A stretch of 64,000 nt of DNA from an uncultured Nitrososphaerota archaeon. GTDB lineage: Archaea; Thermoproteota; Nitrososphaeria; Nitrososphaerales; CADDZS01. The stretch is from positions 1,824,001 to 1,888,000 of the forward strand of contig CAWCYI010000004.1 of NCBI GenBank assembly GCA_963799845.1, read 5' to 3'. This document shows, piece after piece, positions 10,136 to 20,510 of this stretch. The notes below the pieces were generated by a model, which was not told the DNA's origin, ran no database searches, and saw nothing but the letters and a program-made list of their open reading frames with translations. A program made the position numbers and the translations under genes. How positions within the stretch are numbered: position 1 is the first letter of the stretch; each line of letters begins with the position of its first letter.

Positions 10136-10519
10136 ATGAAACTCACCGAAAAGGCCGCTGCCATGATCGATAACAAGAATTTTGGAAATCTCGCTTTTGT
10201 TACTCCGAAGGGAAACCCGCACGTCAGCCCGGTCTGGGTAGACCGCGAAGGAGACACGATTTTGATCAACGCCGCGGAGTTCCGCGCCAAGATAAAACTA
10301 TTGAAGGAGAACCAGAAAGTGATGCTGAGCATTACTGAACGCGAAAATCCGTACAGCAAAGTTCTGATCCGAGGTCACGTCGTGAAGATAACAAAGAACG
10401 GAGCTCTCGAGCAAAACGACAGGATGTCGATGAAATATCTCGGAACTCTTGATGACCCTGATCGGCCCGTGGGCGACCGCGTTTTGATCAAGATCCAGCC
10501 GGACTGGATTGGGAACTAG
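10136..10519 (+). CDS. Pyridoxamine 5'-phosphate oxidase-like (PPOX, F420-dependent class) protein
   Basis: GNPHVSPVWVD, INAAEFRAK, NPYSKVLIRG, RVLIKIQP. Confidence 0.85.
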   Translation: MKLTEKAAAMIDNKNFGNLAFVTPKGNPHVSPVWVDREGDTILINAAEFRAKIKLLKENQKVMLSITERENPYSKVLIRGHVVKITKNGALEQNDRMSMKYLGTLDDPDRPVGDRVLIKIQPDWIGN

Positions 10520-10825
10520 GATTCTTTACGTCTCCATAGGATTTCAGGTGCAGTGTAGGGTAAATTGTCACCCAGAACAGTAATTCAGAAAGATCGATTC
10601 GCTTCGATTCTGATCTATGAACACTTTCGGAATTATTTGCTATCGACGCTGGATAGTTACACTAGCCAGCTGACAATTTTAGAACTTGATTTTGCAGAAC
10701 TGGAAAACGAAATGAGCTGAGGAATGAACTCGGCTATGCCTCCAATCGCAGACTAGTAGTCTATCATTCCAGACGTCAGGACTTATGTAAGCCCTCAGTC
10801 CAGCCGCGTGTCTTGAAATTAAGAC

Positions 10826-11293
10826 ATGAAGGAACTTCAGTCGGATAAAAGGATCCAAGGCAACGAAAACAAAAAGTCGCCGAAACTCAGGAAAACAAGA
10901 CCAATCAAAGTAATCACGCGAGTAACGACGAAGGCCCCCACTTCCAGCGCATGCGAAATGCCAATCTTGTCTGTGTTATCGAAGGCGCAAGAGGCAGGGA
11001 TGCCAACAAGGTCGGTAATTCAAGAAGTGAGGAACGGAAAATGGTTCAAGCTCAGCTACGATGACCTCAGAGGGCGCTACCCAGGATCAAAAAAGAAAAT
11101 TGTTGACAGCGTAGTCAAGTTCGCGCGAAAAAATCTCGTGATGAAAGGCGAAGTCTTTCCGGTTGGGGAAGGAAACCCCATTGGAATATGGAAAATAACT
11201 GCAAAGGGAGCGGATATGGCACAAATTCGAAGTGCCTTCTGGAAGCCTAGATATTCGACTCACGACGCCCTCGTGATAGAGGAGGAGAAATGA
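10826..11293 (+). CDS. Stand-alone winged-helix protein resembling the Mrr N-terminal domain
   Basis: PILSVL...LSYDDL...VKFARKNLVMKG...GIWKITAKG pattern; no nuclease domain. Confidence 0.55.
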   Translation: MKELQSDKRIQGNENKKSPKLRKTRPIKVITRVTTKAPTSSACEMPILSVLSKAQEAGMPTRSVIQEVRNGKWFKLSYDDLRGRYPGSKKKIVDSVVKFARKNLVMKGEVFPVGEGNPIGIWKITAKGADMAQIRSAFWKPRYSTHDALVIEEEK

Positions 11294-11314
11294 CCGGGAG
11301 GTCACAAGCTCTCA

Positions 11315-11710
11315 GTGCAGTGCATGCGCGCAATGCGTGATCTCTTGGGGTATAGCATAGTGGTCAGACCTCGCTGGACAGTTCCGATCAATATGAGGCT
11401 CGAGGATAAGCCTGTCTTGGACGCAGCCCTTATAATTGCGAAGGAGGAGGGAACTGATATTACCAAAATTTTTCGGATGGCATTGTTGGAGTTCGTAAGA
11501 ACCAGGGCTGGGTCTGCAGAGGTGCGAAAAATAGACGAGTTCCTAGACAAATCAGCGATGTCAAGTACTTTGTACAATCGAATATTGACCCCTGCGGAGT
11601 TGAATAACTGGTCTGACGATAGTTTACTCGAGACTGCAAAGCTTGTGAGATCAAGAAAAGATGAACTCGATCCGGAACTTCGCCGCCGCGGCTCTTACGT
11701 CAAATGGTAA
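11315..11710 (+). CDS. Ribbon-helix-helix-like hypothetical protein (start uncertain)
   Basis: VPINMRLED...AKEEGTDITKIFRMALLEFV RHH-like pattern. Confidence 0.55.
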   Translation: MQCMRAMRDLLGYSIVVRPRWTVPINMRLEDKPVLDAALIIAKEEGTDITKIFRMALLEFVRTRAGSAEVRKIDEFLDKSAMSSTLYNRILTPAELNNWSDDSLLETAKLVRSRKDELDPELRRRGSYVKW

Positions 11711-11821
11711 GATCCCTGTAAATGTTTGGATGTCCCGGAGTAAGCTGTGAAGTTGTCAAAGTAGTAACCGAAGAGATTAGTTTCGGTAGGAAGAAATCTA
11801 AGCTTTAGAGATTGTTTATAC

Positions 11822-12232
11822 TCAGGGCCTGGCGAATTCAGCTTCATCCGTAAGATTAGACTTCAGGGAATCCAGGGAATCAGCAAGTTGCTGAGTGGAA
11901 AACGGCTTTAGAAGAAAGGAGAATCCTGCGTCAAATGCCTGCTGTTTTGCAAAATCATAGGCTGAGACTATCAATATCTTGGTGTGAATTCGGTAACGAT
12001 GAATTATCTTAGCGGCTTCGACTCCATTCATTTCGGGCATCCGGTAGTCCATGATGATCAAATCGAAAGATAAGTGATCTCTGGACATCGCTTTGACGAT
12101 AGAAGTTCCGTTATTGAAAATTGATGGAGACGGATATCCCAATTTTCCGATGACCTGAGAATAGAGAACAGGTAGGTCCGGATCGTCATCAACGATGGCA
12201 ACCTTCAAATCGTTTCTTGTTTGCATATACAT
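11822..12232 (-). CDS. Stand-alone response regulator receiver
   Basis: IVDDD, MDYRMPEMNG, SA, KPF; paralog of 24564 and 60318. Confidence 0.92.
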   Translation of the reverse strand: MYMQTRNDLKVAIVDDDPDLPVLYSQVIGKLGYPSPSIFNNGTSIVKAMSRDHLSFDLIIMDYRMPEMNGVEAAKIIHRYRIHTKILIVSAYDFAKQQAFDAGFSFLLKPFSTQQLADSLDSLKSNLTDEAEFARP

Positions 12233-12530
12233 TCACAATTTTCGAAAGCGAAAATTTGATGCGTGGAAAATACTAGAAGGAGACTCAGCACCAGTCAAGG
12301 CCGCTTTTGGATGAATGCAATAACCCGATTCCGGGCTGACAACAGTTGTTAAGATAGAGGATTCCTTTTCAACCTGAACCATCGCATACATCGAATTGTC
12401 GGCTTTCATTGTCAAAGTGATTATTCTTGAGAGGAAGCGACCTGAACAAACTATTAGAAATTGACGTTTAGAAATAAGCTAAATGCAATAATATGCAAAC
12501 ATTTGTCTCGTTTCGCTCAGAATGAAATTC

Positions 12531-13263
12531 CTATCTCTTAAGAGGCATGCTGAGGTACACAAAGCAACTCTTAGTGGAAACCTCGTAGTTTGTTTCAATT
12601 GCGGGGATTGAAGATTTGAAAAGATTCGTAATATACATTCCCAAGAATGTAGACCAGCGTTTGCCCAGATGGTGGCGAACAGCGATCTCATATTTTTCGT
12701 AACCATTGTTCGGGCCATCGTTGTCAGCATGATTCAGGTTTGTCCCACTACCTAGGCGGCCGTTACCATTAATCGGATCGATGACGATTTTTCCGATGTT
12801 GGCATAAGAAGAAAGTAACTCCAAGTATCGGACCGTGTTTTGAAAATTCACTTTCTTCCATCTGAATTTTATGAAGTCGATAGCTGTTTCGTTTGAGATC
12901 TCTTTCACGATTTTTTCCAGTTTTTCATCGTCAACAGATTCTATTAGAGTAAGTAGAGTTCCGCTATCTAATGTTATGAAAGGACTTTCGTGGTTTATGA
13001 TGAATTGTGCCCAATTCAGATACTGCTTCAATATTTCATTCATGAGGTTTGTTTGCGAGGTGCCCTGTTCCGCAACGAGCTTCTCGAAGGAAGTGTTCAA
13101 TTCCTCAAACAGCCTGAAGGTTCGAGTTATTGTTTTTCTCTGAGATTCAATTTCGTCTCTAGATCTGATTACGTTATCTCTCGGGTCGACCTCATTTCCG
13201 TCATTGCCAAAAACTTTCTCTTCCCCACTGTTCTTTGATGGTATTTTGTTTCACTTTTTGCAT
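12531..13263 (-). CDS. RHH-containing regulator typical of Nitrososphaerota; 5' frameshift probable near 13210
   Basis: The frame upstream of the TTG at 13100 reads KTITRTFRLFEELNTSFEKLVAEQGTSQTNLMNEILKQYL (RHH) with no in-frame start; the ATG at 13263 joins by a 1-bp shift in an A-run. Confidence 0.6.
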
Positions 13264-13510
13264 TTGGTAAATCAAAACACAGATCATTTGCGTGTGTTCG
13301 GCAGCGGATCGGACTGACCAAAATATTGGAGGAGTAGGATTGTGGAGAACTAACCCATTAGGTGCAAAAGAAATTCGAGGTGCGATCTAACTTATCACTT
13401 AAGAAAGGGGCGTTGCTACGCTAAAAGGTTTGTCGAGAGAAAGCTGGTTTATAGTAATTGTAGGAGAAACTTTGGTCTTTTTCCTATGCCTAAATGTTGA
13501 AGGGAAGTAA

Positions 13511-13729
13511 TTAAGACGACATATTGCAGCTAGCCCCATGCGGGTTACTGCATCGCGACAAGTTCGAATGTTTAAATTCAAAATTGGACACAGATCCATT
13601 ACTTTGGTCTCGGGCATTATCTTTACATGAACAGTTCTCAACTTTTTGATTACATCCACTACAGCGAAGACTATCGTTGTCGTTAAACGTGAATGTAGAC
13701 CACTTTTTACAAGTTTCACACAGTGGCAC
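13511..13729 (-). CDS. Small Cys-rich (zinc-ribbon-like) protein
   Basis: CETC...CSGC...CSC. Confidence 0.45.
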   Translation of the reverse strand: MPLCETCKKWSTFTFNDNDSLRCSGCNQKVENCSCKDNARDQSNGSVSNFEFKHSNLSRCSNPHGASCNMSS

Positions 13730-13871
13730 TGTGATTCAAGTCGTTATTAGATATTTCAACCTCTTAGAACAGGTACTAGATTTGTATCTAAGAAAATCCT
13801 ATTCGATTTCCACGATTCAAGTTACCTGATTAATATTAGAGCAGTTTGAAAAGTAAGAGCGTAAACAGTAG

Positions 13872-14935
13872 GCCTGCGAGATTATCCTTCCAAGTTTCTT
13901 AGCCCGATCGATCAGCTCGCTCGAGCCATCTGTTGCTCTCAATATGGAATCAATGAGAGAAAGCCTTTGCGTGCTTTGAAAATCCTCCTTCAACAATTCA
14001 GCGCCGGTTTTGGAAAACTGATTGTAGTTCCTGATGTCGTGCGCCATGATGTCCTGTAAAAGTTCCGCCGCTTTTCTGCTCCGTTTCTCCCTTTCCAGGA
14101 GAGCTTCTTCCTTCTCTCTGAGTTCTACCTCCTCCCACATTCTTTCGAAGAACCGAACGTCTGCGAGTACCATGGAATTCCTTGTCAAAATCTGGTTGCG
14201 AGTCGTCCTTCTGCTCAATGACGAGGAGGCATTCCTATCGACTACGAGGACAGTAACAGTGTTCGGAGTAGTGGCTTCAAGTATGCGCCTGTGATTGAAT
14301 AGTTTTCTACCGACCTTTGCCTCTGTCTTTCTATTCAAAGCTTGAAGAGTCTCCTGAATGAGGGAATCTGGAGTGATTATGCTGACCTTCACTCCTAGCA
14401 TCGATGCGACGGACTACAGAGTCTTCGATCACCCCGATTCTCTCGTCGCGATGGAATGCGCTGGAAGTTGGCAATATATCCAGAATATCTTCTTTGGCTT
14501 GATTGATCAGGTCGATATAACGCCTTTGAATCAGATAGGGATCGCGTATTATCTCAATTTTGGGCTGAACAATCCCCTCCTCAATTTCTTTGATCCGATC
14601 TTCTGCAGGAGTTGCCATATTCCAGAACATATCGAACACAATTCTGTTTTGCTCGATGAAAGGTCTGGCATTGCTATAGATGACCGTGACCATGACATTT
14701 GGCTGAAAGGTTGTGCTCGTCGGGGAGGACATGTACTCGTTGTCGCTGATGGCAAAGTTTCCCCTTACGCCTTCAAGATGACAAAGTTCTATGTTTTTCA
14801 TTCAGCTCCTTAGAGTACGCAATATTCTTCTCGTCAATCTTAGTGAGTATCCTGAGATGTCCTCCCCTCTTCTTTATGTCGAAGTATGCTTTGGCCGCGT
14901 TCAGAGCCTCTTGAGATTGTTCTGATTCGAGGGGA
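13872..14935 (-). pseudogene. Truncated, frameshifted copy of the histidine kinase at 25646-27346
   Basis: Near-identical blocks (HRRILEATTPNTVTVLVVDRN, LLQDIMAHDIRNYNQ, DRAKKLGRIISQ) split over several frames; internal deletion; no HATPase domain. Confidence 0.9.
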
Positions 14936-15280
14936 CGAACTTTTTTTAGCAATTATCGGAGAATTTATTTTGAGAATTGAAGTATCAGTGCCTTTCTTGC
15001 GGAAGAATCGTTTCAACTCATTTCCTCATCTCCGCAAAAAAAGACAGATAGGCCATTGCGAGAACTTGAACTAGCCGAATTATTCTCCGCTTTTCTGACG
15101 GGTTTTTGGTAGACTATATTCCAAATCCTAAGATTGGTTCTAGATTGTGGAAAATCTCTAATTATTAGCGAACAATTCTCCACAATACTTATCCACTTTG
15201 TCCTTTGGCTGTGGGAAGATGTCGTGGGCGAGTATTTCTGGGCTTTTTTGAAATTGATGTCCACCAGGGTGTGGGTGAAT

Positions 15281-15457
15281 ATGGACAAAGATAAAATCGA
15301 AGCAATTGAAAACTTGATTCGCGTTTTTTCGTGCGAGTTCCCTCGGAGGAATCATATTATTCTAGTTGACATGACTACTGGACGCTATCGCGTAGATGAG
15401 ATGCTTTCTCAAGAAATAAGGGAAGGAAATTCTGAGAAGCTAGTTATGCAGCACTAG
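15281..15457 (+). CDS. Small hypothetical protein, paralog of 20511-20648
   Basis: MDKDKIEAIENLIRVFSCEFPRRNHIILVD, preceded by GGGTGAAT; conserved in the second copy. Confidence 0.65.
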   Translation: MDKDKIEAIENLIRVFSCEFPRRNHIILVDMTTGRYRVDEMLSQEIREGNSEKLVMQH

Positions 15458-15480
15458 GCTGACGGGCTTGAGTAAAGGCT

Positions 15481-16047
15481 GTGAAAATGAATCGGAAACC
15501 AAAAACGAACAATACCATAAACAAAAAGATCCCGGAAAATTTAGTTGGTAAGTTCCTCCCTTCCCAAGGGGTGCAGGGGGACGTCACGCATTCCGAGCTT
15601 ACAGATATAGACAGAAAAATATTGCGACTACTTCTCGAAACTGAGGGAGCTGTGCCGACACATGAAATCTCTCAGCAGCTTGGGCTTCCTCTGAGTACCG
15701 TGCAGAGAAGAAGGAAGAGACTGGAAGCAAATTATCTCCTCAAGCACTATTCGTTAGACCAGTTGAAATTCGGATTTAGGCTGATAGACCTTCTCATTTA
15801 CGCCGAAGGAGGTGAGACGATGAACGTCGGCAAGGAGCTGTTGAAACGCGAAGAGGTGACATATGCTGCAAGAACAATCGGAGAACATACTATCGATTTA
15901 CGCGTTGAAGTATCCGTGAAAGACAACGGAATCTTGCTAAATCTCCTTGAGGATGTAAAGGCAATGAAAGGCGTGAGAGACGTAATCTGGACCGAAGCAG
16001 TGGAGACGATTGGAAGGAAGAATCCTCCGAATCACTTTGTAATTTAG
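15481..16047 (+). CDS. Lrp/AsnC family transcriptional regulator
   Basis: LTDIDRKILRLL...ISQQLGLPLSTVQRRRKRLE HTH plus RAM-like C-terminal domain. Confidence 0.85.
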   Translation: MKMNRKPKTNNTINKKIPENLVGKFLPSQGVQGDVTHSELTDIDRKILRLLLETEGAVPTHEISQQLGLPLSTVQRRRKRLEANYLLKHYSLDQLKFGFRLIDLLIYAEGGETMNVGKELLKREEVTYAARTIGEHTIDLRVEVSVKDNGILLNLLEDVKAMKGVRDVIWTEAVETIGRKNPPNHFVI

Positions 16048-16064
16048 AGCTGTCTCTAGATCAA

Positions 16065-16391
16065 TTAGTAGCTGAAAGACTCAACTGCTTTGGAAGAGAG
16101 AAACGGAGTCATATTTCCTCTCTCGAATAGAGAATTTCGTACTTCAGTGCTTGGGACAAGTTCACTAATCTTGTCGTAAGCATTCATAAAACGGAGGCCC
16201 TTCTCGGTGATCGTATAGACTCGTGAACCTTCTTCGTATTTTATCAACTCCCTTTCTTGAAGGAGTTTTAGATATTCCTTCAATTGCACGTAGGACAAGT
16301 ATGCCTTGTACATTATGTGGGTCTTTGTAGCTCCCGATTTTATTGATCGAAGCATCGAGTCAATTATCTCGGTGCTGCCTCGGTATTTCAC
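16065..16391 (-). CDS. HTH_45-type winged-helix regulator (paralog 1)
   Basis: KYRGSTEIIDSML...ATKTHIMYKAYLSY.QLKEYL...YTITEKG. Confidence 0.88.
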   Translation of the reverse strand: MKYRGSTEIIDSMLRSIKSGATKTHIMYKAYLSYVQLKEYLKLLQERELIKYEEGSRVYTITEKGLRFMNAYDKISELVPSTEVRNSLFERGNMTPFLSSKAVESFSY

Positions 16392-16743
16392 GATTCTTGA
16401 CCTTAGGCACTTCGATAAAGAGTCATAATAAAACAGGATGGTCAGCTTAAGATGACAAAATGTGAATGTTTTGTTCAAAAATCAGATGAAAATTGAACAT
16501 TTTACCTTCACAGAACCCTCTAATGCACAGCACGCTCGATTTCCAAAAAACCTACGCTAGCGGACGAGGAACTGTTCAAAATGAGGCCAAAAAATATGAA
16601 TGATCAAATATTTGAACGAACTGGGTCATAGCCAATTCTTGATCTTCGGATGAAAAAGCGATACTCCGGTTAAAGGGTTTCGTTAGATCCTGGAGGTAAA
16701 GCGATTCTTACGGTGAAAATTTCCATCAAACATATGAGGAAGA

Positions 16744-17052
16744 GTGTCGTTGGGGAGTATCATGGGCCTAGGAAAATGGATCGCGATATTTGTAGTGATA
16801 ATCATACTCTTTAGTTTCTTTGTGCCGGTTTTTCATTCGACGTCCGATTCTGGAAGATTCTTTGGGGCAACCTACCAGGTTGATGCCGACGAGTCTCTCG
16901 CGTTTCTTCTCGCTCACTGTGGTTCATACATGAATGCTCATTCAACTGCTACTTTGGGTGGAATCACAATAACGCATCAAATTTCAAGTGGTTACAATTT
17001 CAGCTGTAACTTCTCGACCTCGAACGAAAGTTCGTCTGTCAAGATTCGATAG
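16744..17052 (+). CDS. Small membrane-anchored/secreted hypothetical protein
   Basis: N-terminal TM helix; decayed paralog at about 28045-28310. Confidence 0.6.
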   Translation: MSLGSIMGLGKWIAIFVVIIILFSFFVPVFHSTSDSGRFFGATYQVDADESLAFLLAHCGSYMNAHSTATLGGITITHQISSGYNFSCNFSTSNESSSVKIR

Positions 17053-17464
17053 AGCAATATCCGGTATCTGAATAATTCAAACCTATTTCATATTCAAATA
17101 AACAGGTTTAGCATTGTTCAAGAGATTTTTCGAATTAGGTGCTCATGCGCAGTGAATTCTTCGAAAAGCAAATTTGCTGCCCTTTCGACAGAACCCCTGA
17201 TAAAGGCCTGAGCACCTTCCGTTACTTCACACATTGGAATGTAAAGAGACTTCATGAGCGGGAGCCTGATTAAGTCATCAAAATTTTTCTGGCCTGACTC
17301 ATCAGACATTGAAAAGAATCCTCCAAATTGTGCTCCAGTACGGAAACCTATGTTTGACGTTCCAACCTTCTTTCTCTGATGGAAATTTGTACGGCCTCAA
17401 TTAACTATGGAACAGTTTAAACTACACCATTGTACAAATTGCCACCGGTGGTTTTTGCCGAAGT

Positions 17465-17587
17465 CTAGGAAGCTGCAACCAAGAGCACAACACGAGCAAG
17501 TCGCTTCTCGTATTTTTTCCTCGTCAACGGATTCCTGATGGCGTCAAAGAATTCCTGTAAACGGTCAAGCTCTACGCCGACTTCCAT
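17465..17587 (-). pseudogene. Probable N-terminal stub of a tyrosine integrase
   Basis: MEVGVELDRLQEFFDAIRNPLTRKKYEKRL resembles the N-termini of thaumarchaeal integrases; lies about 130 bp downstream of a tRNA 3' fragment. Confidence 0.5.
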
Positions 17588-17720
17588 CGCCCTGATATAA
17601 ATGAGGAATCCTATTTAAGAACCTGAATCAAGAGCGGGCCTCTGGGGATTAACCTGTGCTACGGGTTCAAAAATAGGATTCCTACGAAAATGGCTGTAGC
17701 GTAGTTACATCATCTGCCAA

Positions 17721-17738
17721 TGCCCCGGCCGAGATTTG
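17721..17738 (-). other. tRNA 3'-end fragment (att-like scar)
   Basis: CAAATCTCGGCCGGGGCA = end of T-loop, T-stem 3' strand, acceptor 3' strand and discriminator; no 5' half nearby. Confidence 0.55.
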
Positions 17739-18253
17739 TATAAGGCTAATGTGGTTACATATCTCGCGTTAAATCACTAGTGGATAGGGTAGATGCAAAC
17801 GCCTGATGAGCTATGAACTTCATTACTCGAAACAGAGCACACAAGCAAGTTTCGCAAGATCGCCCGCTCGATTGAAGTACACTCCGTGGCAGTTAAAGAT
17901 CGGCTCTAGTCTAAAAAAACAAGAAAAACCTAAACTAGGCTTTTCCCCTTTTGAGTTACGGGTGTTTCTGGGCAAAGAGCGCATCTCTACTTGCCAATAC
18001 AGTAGAGGCCTCGGTGGTCGCAAACCAACTTTGAGAACACATCTCGCGATCGGCCATCTTCTTTGTTCTCTCGTTCCTAACAATCTCTGGTCAATTAAAT
18101 CAACTTCTTTCATCTCCTCCTGTGTGAATATCTCAGTAGCAAGAGAGTCTATCTCAGGCAGAACATAGAGTGCATCCAGCCGATTAGCCATGTCCTAACT
18201 ATCCTTGATTTCTTTCAATTTCATCTTGAGTAGCGCGCGCGCGGACTAAGACA

Positions 18254-18813
18254 ATGGGAGGAATTGTTCGGGTCAAAACAGCGTACCCAAGGATCTGACG
18301 ATGATCCAAGTTATCCTTCGACAGCTCCAAGACAGGGCTCGTAGAAGATCCTCTTCTTGGCATACGCACTCTGGTAGTAGACGCACCTGAATTCTATAAG
18401 GCACTTAGGGACAACCTCTATACGCACTTTCCACGCGGCGCATCCATAATCCTCTACGAAATGGGTGCAGGCTATGGGGAGCAGATGGCAAAGAGCATCA
18501 AGGACATGGGCGCTGGCAAGATGGAGTTTTACAAGCGTTTTCTTGAGCGTAGCAAGCGCCATGGGTACGGCGAATTCAAGGTGCCCATACTTCAGGCAAT
18601 AATTTCTGGTCTCAAAGGAGAGGCAGGAGTCCACTTCAAGGACAGCTTCTTTGCTGCTCCCGCCGGGAATACGGGAAAGGTAGAGTGCTGGGATTGTCAC
18701 GGGAATGATAGCGGGAGCGGCAAGAAAAATTCTCGCCAAAGAGGTGGTCTTGCATCGAGGAACTTTGTATGTCCAAGGGCGACGATCATTGCGAGTTCAA
18801 ACTGATGGACTGA
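18254..18813 (+). pseudogene. V4R domain protein, multiple frameshifts
   Basis: ASIILYEMGAGYG...GYG...DSFFA...ECW/IVTGMIAGAA/CIEELCMSKGDDHCEFKL spread across frames. Confidence 0.75.
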
Positions 18814-19305
18814 GAATGTCGAACCTTTTGTTATCTTAGACTGTCGATACCAGATTGCTTCCCTGGATAAGCCTCGTCACGATCGTGGAGTGCAGTCTGT
18901 CCAACATCATAGGAGACACTTGTCTTCCTCCCTTTTTCTTTTTGAGATGATTGCGAGTATGAAAGAATTAACGACGGATGAGAAACAGTATGTCATTACA
19001 CAGTGTACGCACCTGATCAACATGTGTGCGAAGACACCCTCCAAAGCAACATAAGTCGGAAGAGATTTCTCTTAACACTCGCCGCCCTTATTATCGGATT
19101 CATCATTCTGGGAGCACCGGACAATGCGTCGGGACTTGCAGAGTTGTCTGATCCTGCTCGTGATTTTTTCATCTGTAATAGTTGACCCTAAATCTTTACA
19201 GGGTTTCAATAAACAGGTAAAATGTTCGAGCATAACAACAATAAATCGCTGTTTAGAGAGTATCAATCCCTCAAGCAGAAGTTCGGCGTTTGAGTCGCAC
19301 ATCAG

Positions 19306-19344
19306 AGAAAAGCAAAAATTGGGGGCGCCTGTGGAGGACGCCCC
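19306..19344 (-). terminator. GC hairpin plus T-run downstream of the 19390-19587 gene
   Basis: Minus strand reads GGGGCGTCCT-CCAC-AGGCGCCCC followed by CAATTTTTGCTTTT. Confidence 0.55.
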
Positions 19345-19389
19345 TTTACTGACCTAGAATCTGTCGAACATTCGTTCAGATGCTAGAGA

Positions 19390-19587
19390 TTACGCTTTAC
19401 TTAGGAGCGCATTCACAACATCCGCGGGGGCTCTGTATGTCTGGTCGGGCAGGCTCTTTGATACCCACTCCTTGTCACCAGAGGGCACGTCAGACATGTT
19501 ATTGCATGCCGCAACGACCTGCTCCTTTGATGCCGGATAGGATATGTGATTCTTGATGTGTCCAAGTTCTTCTTGTAGATTGCTCAT
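19390..19587 (-). CDS. DUF2795-like small protein
   Basis: ISYPASKEQVV...LPDQTYRAPADVV pattern; GGAGAGG before the ATG. Confidence 0.65.
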   Translation of the reverse strand: MSNLQEELGHIKNHISYPASKEQVVAACNNMSDVPSGDKEWVSKSLPDQTYRAPADVVNALLSKA

Positions 19588-19627
19588 CTTTTGATTTTCC
19601 TCTCCATTGTGAAATGTATCACCATTG

Positions 19628-19653
19628 TTATAAGCCGATCTCAAGATTCTTCG
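19628..19653 (-). promoter_or_regulatory. Recurrent upstream element plus TATA box
   Basis: CGAAGAATCTT-gagatcggc-TTATAA. Confidence 0.6.
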
Positions 19654-20084
19654 GTATTACTCCCTAGCATTTGCCGGCTTCTTCCCGGGAGCTTCAGCGA
19701 ATCGAGGGCTCATTCTCGGGTTGGAAAATTCCAAACGAAAGTACCTAACAAAGTTCAAAAATCTTAATGAGTGACCCGCTGCAATCAGTACGTCATGCCT
19801 AGAATGAAGAAGTGCGATAGTTGTGGGCATGAGGAATTTCTTCATTTGTACACGACCCAGATTTGCACTGCGAAAAGATGCAGATGCAACTGCTGGAAGG
19901 AACCTAATTCGCATCGCATGACAGAATCAATCGATTTGTATTAGTGCGGAGGAAAGCACGAAGTAGCGGTTCCTAGTGAATGAGTCGTCTATCAGAAAAT
20001 TCTCGAAGTTCAGGACTTTTCAAAGGAATACATTCGTGTCTTATCCCATAACGGCTTAATATCGGATATAGCCTTGAGACACTT

Positions 20085-20414
20085 ATGAAGAAATTTATCG
20101 TGTTATACAAGTCAGAGCAACCAGCGGAAGAAATGATCAGGAACACGACCGAAGAGCAAAGGAAACAAGGAATTGACTTGTGGATGCAGTGGGCAAGCAG
20201 AGCTGGAGATACGCTTGTTGATTTGGGCACGCCCCTCGGAAATGGGCGCAGCATCGCCAAAACCGGCACTGAAAACCTGCGTGCCGGAGTGAGTGGCTAT
20301 TCAATTATGCAGGGGGAAAGCATGGAGACGATTAGAAAACTCTTGGAGGAACATCCACATTTCATGACCCCTGGTAAGGTCTCGATCGAAGTTTACGAGA
20401 CCCTACTAATGTAG
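20085..20414 (+). CDS. YciI-like (YCII-related) protein
   Basis: MKKFIVLY...WMQWA...LVDLGTPLG...SGYSIMQ...HPH...IEVYE. Confidence 0.7.
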   Translation: MKKFIVLYKSEQPAEEMIRNTTEEQRKQGIDLWMQWASRAGDTLVDLGTPLGNGRSIAKTGTENLRAGVSGYSIMQGESMETIRKLLEEHPHFMTPGKVSIEVYETLLM

Positions 20415-20510
20415 CCAAGCCCCCCGAAGGCTGACGGTATGTTTCCCCTGACTCCGCTTCGAAAGAAAGTCTGAATGCTGACTTCACTCGCAAATCGGAC
20501 ACTTCCATTA

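Noticed and set aside
10826-11293. Mrr restriction system
   Set aside because: Only the wHTH-like part is present; no PD-(D/E)xK nuclease or methylase is adjacent.
13872-14935. Assembly duplicate or diversity-generating template of the 25646 kinase
   Set aside because: Differences affect all bases and include deletions, and there is no reverse transcriptase; it fits an ordinary decayed paralog.
17700-17830. Complete or intron-containing tRNA
   Set aside because: Only the last 18 nt are tRNA-like; no matching 5' acceptor strand, D-arm or BHB motif could be found.
17765-17840. Hammerhead-ribozyme-like core (CTC-GCGTT...AACGC-CTGATGAG...CGAAAC)
   Set aside because: Stem I pairs (5 bp), but stem II is mismatched next to the core and stem III cannot form (C opposite C). 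An Infernal search would be needed to rescue it.
18311-18739. 142-aa minus-strand ORF
   Set aside because: Antisense to the V4R gene, which has the recognisable motifs.
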